This document shows positions 57,796 through 64,000 of a stretch of 64,000 bases of DNA, in pieces (position 1 is the first letter of the stretch; each line of letters opens with the position of its first letter). The stretch lies in contig CAWHUW010000009.1 of NCBI GenBank assembly GCA_963832655.1, forward strand, positions 89,675 through 153,674. Reading direction: 5' to 3'. Both the position numbers and the translations under genes were made by a program. This stretch comes from an uncultured Thermoleophilia bacterium. Lineage in GTDB: Bacteria > Actinomycetota > Thermoleophilia > UBA2241. A model generated the notes under the pieces. The model searched no databases. It had not been told where the DNA came from and saw only the letters and a program-made list of their open reading frames with translations.

Positions 57796-59841
57796 ATGAG
57801 ACGCATCGCCATCACCATCCTCGCCGTCCTGTTGATCGCGGGAACGTCGGCGCCGGTCGCTGGCGCCAAGGTCCGACCGATGACCTTCGACACTGCGGTC
57901 GACAGCTTGATCGCCGGCGGATACGCGAAGCGCGTCGCAGGCGATCTCTGCGGTCTCGGAACGTCGCCCTTCGGCTTCCGCGTGGGCGGCACGACCGCCG
58001 ACGACGCGGCCGCCCGCTACATCGCCGCCGAGATGCGCGCGATCGGCCTCAAGAACGTTCGACTCGAGCCTGTGGCGATGGACGTGTGGGAGTACCGCGG
58101 CGGCAGTGTCGCGGTCGCCGGCAACGTGTACGACGCGACGTCGTTCACCGGCGTGCCGGGGACGTTGCCCAAGGGGGTCACGGGGGAGGTCGTCGACGTG
58201 GGCTTCGGCACGGCCGCGGACTTCGACGCCGCCGGCGACGTGCACGGCAAGATCGTGCTGGTCGACTTCCACGGCGACGCGTTCTGGGCGAACCTGCCCG
58301 GGCACGAGGCGACCCTGAGGGGAGCCGTCGCGCTGATCCTCACGACGTCGACCGCCGATCTGAGCTTCTTCGCCGACCCCGACAGTCTCGGGAGCAACGA
58401 CGGCGAGTACGACCCCGACTGGATCCCGCTCGTCTCCGTCAGCAGGACGACCGGCGACACCATCCGCGCCGCGCTGGCCGGCGGTCCCGTGGCGGCGACG
58501 GTCAAGCTCGACGCGATCACGACGCGGTCCTTCGACGGCGGCGAGGGCTACAACGTCGTGGGAGAGCTTCCCGGCAGCGCGGGCGGCGCCGAGAAGGTCG
58601 TCATGGCCGGGCACCACGACGCGTTCTTCCAGGGGGCTCTCGACAACACGACGGCCGTGGTGGCCGGACTGGTCACCGCCAAGGCCATGCAGATGGCGGG
58701 CTACGTGCCCCGGCGCACGCTGGTCTTCGTGTCGCACACGGGCGAGGAAGGCGGGATCGTCGACTCCTGGTACGACTGGACCTTCGGTTCCTGGGTGCAG
58801 GCGACGCAGACCCACCCGGAGTGGGCGGGAACGGTGGCCGGCTTCCTCAACTTCGAGATGCCGGGGGCGCCCGACGGTCAGGTCCGCCTGTTCATGAGCC
58901 CCGAGCTGCAGCCGGCGGTGTCGGAGGTGGTCGCCGCGAACGGCAAGCTCAAAGGCCCCGGCCTGCCGACCCGGCTGTACCCCGTGGTCGGCACCAACAG
59001 CGACGAGTGGCCGTTCACGGCCGCCGGCATCCCCTCGGTGCTTCTCGTCGGCGCACCGGACAGCTGGTTCCCGTGGAACTACCACACGACGAACGACACC
59101 GTCGACGCGGTCGACTGGCCCTTCTTCGGCACCTGCGTGAAGCTCATGCATCGGATCGGGCTGCGCCTGGACGAGTCGCTGGTCCCGTACAGCCTGGCTG
59201 CCCGCGCCGACCAGCTGGGCGGCACGGTCGATGCCCGCGAGCTGACCGCCGCGGGGGCCTCGGCCGCCACCGTCGACCGGCTCACCAGGTCGCTCGGGGA
59301 GTTCACGTCCGCGACGTACGCCTTCGAGAAGCGAAGGGCAATGCTGCCCGCGTCCGTGTGGTCGCAGACCAGCGCGCGGCTCATGGCGATCGAGAAGCTT
59401 CTGAGCAGCAACTTCACCGCCCTCAGCTGGTGGGACGACACGATCTACCCGCACGAGCAGGTGCTGTGGGACCTCCAAGGGGTCAATGCGGCCATCGGTG
59501 CTCTGGACCGGTCGCAGCCCCAGCTCAGGGCGGCGCTCGACGCGCTGGCCGGGGTCGGCTACTCGTACTACGGCCTGCTCGCCAGCGAACCCGTCTACCT
59601 TCATGAGCTGGACCGGCACGACCCGGACTACTGGGCGATCGCCTGGGGCGGCCAGGGACACCTTCCGCAGCCGATCGACGTCATGCCGGAGTACCGGCTG
59701 GTCGGATCGGGCGACTATGGCGCCGCTCTCGAGGGGCTGCGCGCCGAGCGCGGCAGGCAGATAGGGCAGTTGAACGAGCGTCTGGCGGCGATCGCCGACG
59801 TGCTCGCAGCGGCGACGCCGCAGGTGAACGCCCTGCGCTAG
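57796..59841 (+). CDS. Secreted M28 family peptidase with PA domain
   Basis: Signal peptide, PA domain 'GEVVDVGFGT...DVHGKIVLV', 'GHHD', 'GALDN', 'GEE', 'SDEWPF', 'YHT..DT'. Confidence 0.85.
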   Translation: MRRIAITILAVLLIAGTSAPVAGAKVRPMTFDTAVDSLIAGGYAKRVAGDLCGLGTSPFGFRVGGTTADDAAARYIAAEMRAIGLKNVRLEPVAMDVWEYRGGSVAVAGNVYDATSFTGVPGTLPKGVTGEVVDVGFGTAADFDAAGDVHGKIVLVDFHGDAFWANLPGHEATLRGAVALILTTSTADLSFFADPDSLGSNDGEYDPDWIPLVSVSRTTGDTIRAALAGGPVAATVKLDAITTRSFDGGEGYNVVGELPGSAGGAEKVVMAGHHDAFFQGALDNTTAVVAGLVTAKAMQMAGYVPRRTLVFVSHTGEEGGIVDSWYDWTFGSWVQATQTHPEWAGTVAGFLNFEMPGAPDGQVRLFMSPELQPAVSEVVAANGKLKGPGLPTRLYPVVGTNSDEWPFTAAGIPSVLLVGAPDSWFPWNYHTTNDTVDAVDWPFFGTCVKLMHRIGLRLDESLVPYSLAARADQLGGTVDARELTAAGASAATVDRLTRSLGEFTSATYAFEKRRAMLPASVWSQTSARLMAIEKLLSSNFTALSWWDDTIYPHEQVLWDLQGVNAAIGALDRSQPQLRAALDALAGVGYSYYGLLASEPVYLHELDRHDPDYWAIAWGGQGHLPQPIDVMPEYRLVGSGDYGAALEGLRAERGRQIGQLNERLAAIADVLAAATPQVNALR

Positions 59842-60245
59842 CTTCGTGGGCAACGCGTGCCGGATCGGCCACTGCTCGCCACAGTCGATCGTGACGTGGG
59901 AGAGCGCGGTCAAGGGGGACAACCCCGGCCGCGAGAAGACGGACGGCACCGCCTGCGGCCACGCCCCTGTGTCCATGCCTGGCAACGCTTTCCGCCCCGG
60001 GCGGCCCCCGGCCGGACGGAGGCGCGCTAGACTGTGCGTCTCACGGCCCTCGGCTGGCAGTCGACTGTTTACAATCGGCTGAATGGGCTGTACGGTGTGC
60101 CCGACCGCCGTCCTCGCGGCGCGGCGCAGACACAGGCTGCGCAAGGCCGTGAGTCGAGGGGAGAGGAGTGGCTCCGCAAGGTGCGCTGGGGTGAGCACGG
60201 GCCCCCCTGACAGTTCTCACGTACTCGAGCCATCTGGGGGTAACC

Positions 60246-61882
60246 ATGACTTCACCACGCACGCATCGCGGCGTGCTCGTGCTCGTCGCGACTCTGCTCG
60301 TGTGCCTCGTGCTCGCCTCACCGGCCATGGCAGGGAAGAAGCCACCGCCGCCGCCGCCGCCGCCGGACCCGGTACCGTTCGGCATGTGGGTGACCGGCGA
60401 CTCGCACAACCACACCCAGTTCTCCGACGGCAACCAGTACCTGCCCGCGCTCGTCTACCAGGCCTTCAGCGTGTACAAGCTCGACTGGCTGGGCAGCACC
60501 GACCACGGCGGCGAGTGGGACCGCGACGCCAACGGCGTCAAGTACTGGGCCGACACCGTGGGCAACGGCAGCGGCGACATCTGGGCCTGGGACGGCATGC
60601 TCGACAACTGGGACAGCTTCAACGCGCTGCGTGCCCAGTACACGGGCAAGGTCCTCTTCCAGGGCCTCGAGTGGGGCGTGCCCGGCATCGACGAGTCCAA
60701 GACCGTGGTCCTGGACAAGTACCAGCAGCCCGGCTCGGCGGCACCGACGTACAAGACCGGCATGGCGATGAGCGACTTCGAGTTCCTCTTCGACAAGCTC
60801 GACGACGACTTCACGCAGAGGAAGACGCTCGGCACCGTGACGAAGCTGCCGCTCGGTCAGAAGCCGTGGTACGGCACAACGCTCAGCCGCACCGGCTTGA
60901 CCAAGAACATGGAGACCTTCGACAAGTACCCCCGTGGCCTGGAAGCCGCCAAGTTCCTGGGTACGCGGTACGCGAACACCAGCTACTCGATCCTGAGCCA
61001 CCCCTCGCGCGACCTGCTGTGGACGGCGCTCGACATCCGCCGCTACAACGACGCCGCACCGACGGTCTTCTTCGGCATGGCCGGCATGCCCGGCTCGCAG
61101 AAGGAGCCGCCGCTCCGCGGCGGCTACGACGAGGAGTTCTTCAACGACGACGGCACCCTGACGTGGAACTCACCGCTCAGGCGCGCACCTACGGCGGCGC
61201 CGACTACCTCACCGCCAAGGTCGGCGGCGTATGGGACGCCCTGCTCGGCGAGGGCCGCAAGTTCTGGGTCTTCTGCGACTCCGACTTCCACGAGACGGCC
61301 GAGGAGTTCTGGCCCGGCGAGTACAACAAGGACCACACCTTGGTGGCCGCCAAGACGCCGCAGGGCATCGTCGATGGCCTGCGCTCGGGCAACTCGTTCG
61401 CGGTCGAGGGCCAGCTCATTGACAGCCTCGAGTTCAAGGCCACGAGCGGTGCGGACAGCGCGACGATGGGGGGCACCCTGAACGTGGCCCAGGGCGCCAG
61501 CGTCACGATCACCGTGAGTTGGCACAGCCCGGACTTCAACAACAACTGGCAGACGCCGAAGGTCGACCATGTCGACCTCATCTCGGGCAACTGGGGCCCC
61601 AAGCTCCTCCCGAGCAATCCCGCCTACGCGACGCAGGTCACCAACCCGAGCACCGAGGTGGCGGACGACCTTCTACACCGAACTCAGCCACCTTCACGAT
61701 CAACCCGACCGCCGACATGTACTTCCGTCTGCGGGGCACCAACCAGCCCTGGACCCACTCGCCCGAGACATCTCGACGGCAACCCCTTGAGGGACGACAC
61801 CGACCCTGAGGAGAACAGCGCCGCCAAGGCGTGGGCCGATCTGTGGTTCTACTCCAACCCGATCTTCATCGACGTGCAGTGA
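60246..61882 (+). CDS. Secreted PHP-like metallo-phosphoesterase (frameshifts near 61165 and 61670-61770)
   Basis: Signal peptide, 'GDSHNHT..SDG', 'TDHG', 'SHP', 'DSDFH', C-terminal 'WFYSNPIF'. Confidence 0.72.
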
Positions 61883-61912
61883 GCGACTGACAGGCACCAC
61901 GGCACGACAGGA

Positions 61913-61942
61913 GGGGCCGGCCCGCGCGAGCGGGCCGGCCCC
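61913..61942. terminator. Hairpin between convergent genes
   Basis: GGGGCCGGCCCGC-gcga-GCGGGCCGGCCCC. Confidence 0.65.
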
Positions 61943-61986
61943 AGTTCTTCTGGTGTCACAGCGTAGGCGCGGCACGCGCGCCGAGG

Positions 61987-62205
61987 TCAGACCCCTCAGC
62001 CGCCGCCGAAGCCGACACGGATGTCGCCATCCTCGATGAGGACGGGCACGACCATCTGTCCGCCGGTGAGCTCGGCGAGCTTCTCCATGGCGCCGGGCGT
62101 GGCGTGGACGTCGATCTCCTCGTACTCGACGTCGCGCTCCTTCAGGTCGGCCTTGGCCGCCGCGCAGTACGGGCAGCCGACCTTGGTGTAGATGGTGACG
62201 GCCAT
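61987..62205 (-). CDS. Glutaredoxin-like selenoprotein with C-terminal U-x-x-stop (Uxx-star type)
   Basis: MAVTIYTKVGCPYC...VPVLIE...VGFGGG-TGA-GGG-GTC-TGA; RBS GAGGAGG. Hairpin GGCGCG-CGTGC-CGCGCC starts 13 nt after the first UGA. Confidence 0.82.
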
Positions 62206-62344
62206 GGGGCCTCCTCGTGGTCGCCGGACAGTGCGGACCGCGCGGGCACGGCGAGTTGCGCGCGCGGGATGATGCGTACGGCAATGATGACGTCGCGGCG
62301 CGCCGGCGTCCATGGGTGATGTGCCGGGTCACGACGTCGGGCAC

Positions 62345-62373
62345 TTGCCGGATGCTTAGTGGGCCGCTACAGT
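62345..62373 (+). promoter_or_regulatory. Sigma70-type promoter of the alkaline phosphatase gene
   Basis: TTGCCG-N17-TACAGT. Confidence 0.55.
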
Positions 62374-62430
62374 CGATTGACAGTGAACGGCGTCGTCCGC
62401 AACGGGCGGCGCCAAGGAGAAGGGGGAGCT

Positions 62431-63778
62431 ATGAGAAGGCACTACTTGCGCTCTGCGGTCTTGGTCATCGTGCTGCTGATCGGTGCGCTCGCGCTGGTCG
62501 CCGGGGTCGCGCTGCAGCGCCGGGCCCGGCAAGGCGGCGGCCGCCGACCCGGCGTCGACTCGCGCACGTCAAGAACGTCATCGTCTTCATCGGCGACGGC
62601 ATGGGCCCCGAGGAGATGCAGGTCTGGGCGCGCAGCCTGAACGCAGCGGCGGCTGTTGCTCGACGACATTCCGTGGGGCGGCCGCGTGCATGATCGACAC
62701 GACCTCGCTCGACGGGGTCACCGACTCGGCCGCCGCCGCCACCGCGCTCGCCACGGGTTACGAGACGTGGAACGGCTGGCTCTCGATGGGACCCGCCGCG
62801 CAGGACGGCAAGTACACCGATCTTCGAGACCGTGCTCGAGCGCGGCCGAGGATTGGGACAAGGCGACGGGGCTGGTCACCGATCCTCGAGTCTACGCCGC
62901 GACGCCGGCGGCCTTCGCCGCGCACGTCCCCGACCGTGACATGGAGTAGGAGATCACCGACATGATGGCCACCCAGGGTATCGAGGCGCTGTTCAGCGGG
63001 AGCTGGAGCGAGGACTACCTGCTGCGCGAGCTGCCCGGGGTCACCAACCTCGACAGCTTGAGCGACTTGCAGCCGTACCTCCTCCCGGGCTCTGTAGCGT
63101 ATGCCGGCGGGGATGTACGGCTTCTTCGGTCACATGGCGTACACGCTCGACTTCGAGGAGGAGGGGGTCGTCAAGAAGCAGCCGACCCTGGCGCAGATGA
63201 CGAGGCGGCGATCGGCGTCCTCGCGCAGGACGACGACGGCTTCTTCCTGATGGTCGAACAGGCCACCCTCGACTATGGTGGCCACTCGCGCGATCCCGGG
63301 TGGGTCGGCGCCGACATGAACGATCTCGACCGGGCGGTCAAGGCCGCCTACGATTGGGCCGAGGGCCGGAGCGACACGCTGATCGTGGTCACGGGTGACC
63401 ACGAGACCGGCGGCCTCGACGTCACCCCCGACACCGACTATGCGGCGATCAAGCCCAGAAGGCCACCACCGAGTGGATGTGGGGCCTGATCAAGGCCGGC
63501 AAGATGACGGTCAAGAGGACCTCGCGAAGTACGCCGGATTCACCCCACCGCTGCCGAGCAGGCGCTCATCGCAAGAACAAGGAGATGGGCATCTCCGACG
63601 TGCTCGCTGCCAGGGACAAGGTCGAATGGGGCTGGAGCGGGACCGACGAAGGCGACCACACCGACACCCCGCTCGAGCTGAGAGCGTGGGGTCCCGGAGC
63701 GCGACGCGTTCGATCTGGAGCCGCTCACGCCCAACGAGTACATCGGCCAGCAGTTGCTGCTGGGCGGTCAGCAACTGA
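62431..63778 (+). pseudogene. Alkaline phosphatase (PhoA family) broken by many frameshifts and one in-frame TAG (probably assembly errors)
   Basis: 'VKNVIVFIGDGMG', 'VTDSAAAATALATG', 'ATPAAF.AH', 'GFFLMVE...D..GH', 'DTLIVVTGDHETGG' scattered across frames. Confidence 0.8.
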
Positions 63779-64000
63779 AACGTACCGGGCCGGGCGGCGG
63801 CGGGCGCGAAGCGCCTCTCCGCCGCCCGGCGCCCGATCGGTCGCCCCCGCGAGGAGGGGCGGTACGACGCGGAAGGGGAAGAGATGTCGCACGAGGGATC
63901 AGCAGGCGAGACAGGCGCGCCTGGCGGCGCGCCCCGACCTTCGCGGGCCGACGCCGCGCGCGCGGTTCGCGACCGGGACGTGATCGGCCTCACCCGGGAG

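Noticed and set aside
56703-60198. Very long alternative-frame and antisense ORFs (967 aa, 830 aa; similarly 30037-32553 and 20466-22811)
   Set aside because: Arg/Pro/Ala-rich shadow ORFs expected in high-GC DNA. They overlap well-supported genes, and only short frameshift-derived parts are real.
60343-60365. (CCG)n microsatellite as a phase-variation tract
   Set aside because: It is an in-frame poly-Pro linker after a signal peptide; unit changes would not shift the frame.
62365-62386. GCTACAGTCGATTGACAGTG as another GntR heptad operator
   Set aside because: It is only a partial match with broken 7-bp phasing, and is largely explained by the -10 box.
62947-62949. In-frame TAG in the alkaline phosphatase gene as a possible pyrrolysine or readthrough site
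   Set aside because: It lies in the most indel-dense part of the window at a non-catalytic position, and no pyl genes are present. A base error or gene decay is more likely.
1-64000. CRISPR arrays, tRNA (including tRNA-Sec), rRNA, transposases, integrases or phage genes
   Set aside because: I saw no regularly spaced direct repeats, cloverleaf sequences or mobile-element motifs by eye; an automated scan was not possible.

Overview
Very GC-rich bacterial DNA, most likely an Actinomycetota lineage with anaerobic traits. This placement is inferred from a 6C-like RNA, leaderless TAnnnT promoters, MMPL exporters, rubrerythrins and a tungsten-type AOR. About 15 genes carry single-base frameshifts, which look like long-read indel errors. 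Bases 1-25.6 kb hold envelope-stress, efflux and redox genes: two ABC-2 exporters, XpaC/TelA, two MMPLs, an MFS, DUF2207 and two rubrerythrins. Bases 25.6-57.6 kb form a ~32 kb amine/amino-acid catabolic island. Its core is a selenocysteine-dependent glycine/betaine-reductase-like cluster (grdE-like, grdB[Sec], grdC, trxA, grdA[Sec]) that the ORF track breaks at in-frame TGA codons. The cluster is atypical. There is no grdD or trxB in the window, the GrdE-like subunit lacks the pyruvoyl-forming Cys motif, and GrdB has UxxGxxC instead of UxxCxxC. Around it lie four PotD-like binding proteins with PotCBA, an aldolase, a class III aminotransferase, an AOR and several enzymes with altered active sites. 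These operons share a repeated GTYGACW-heptad operator that overlaps their promoters and probably belongs to the local GntR regulator. A third hidden selenoprotein, a Uxx-stop glutaredoxin, lies at 61987-62205. All family calls come from motif recognition; no database searches were run.
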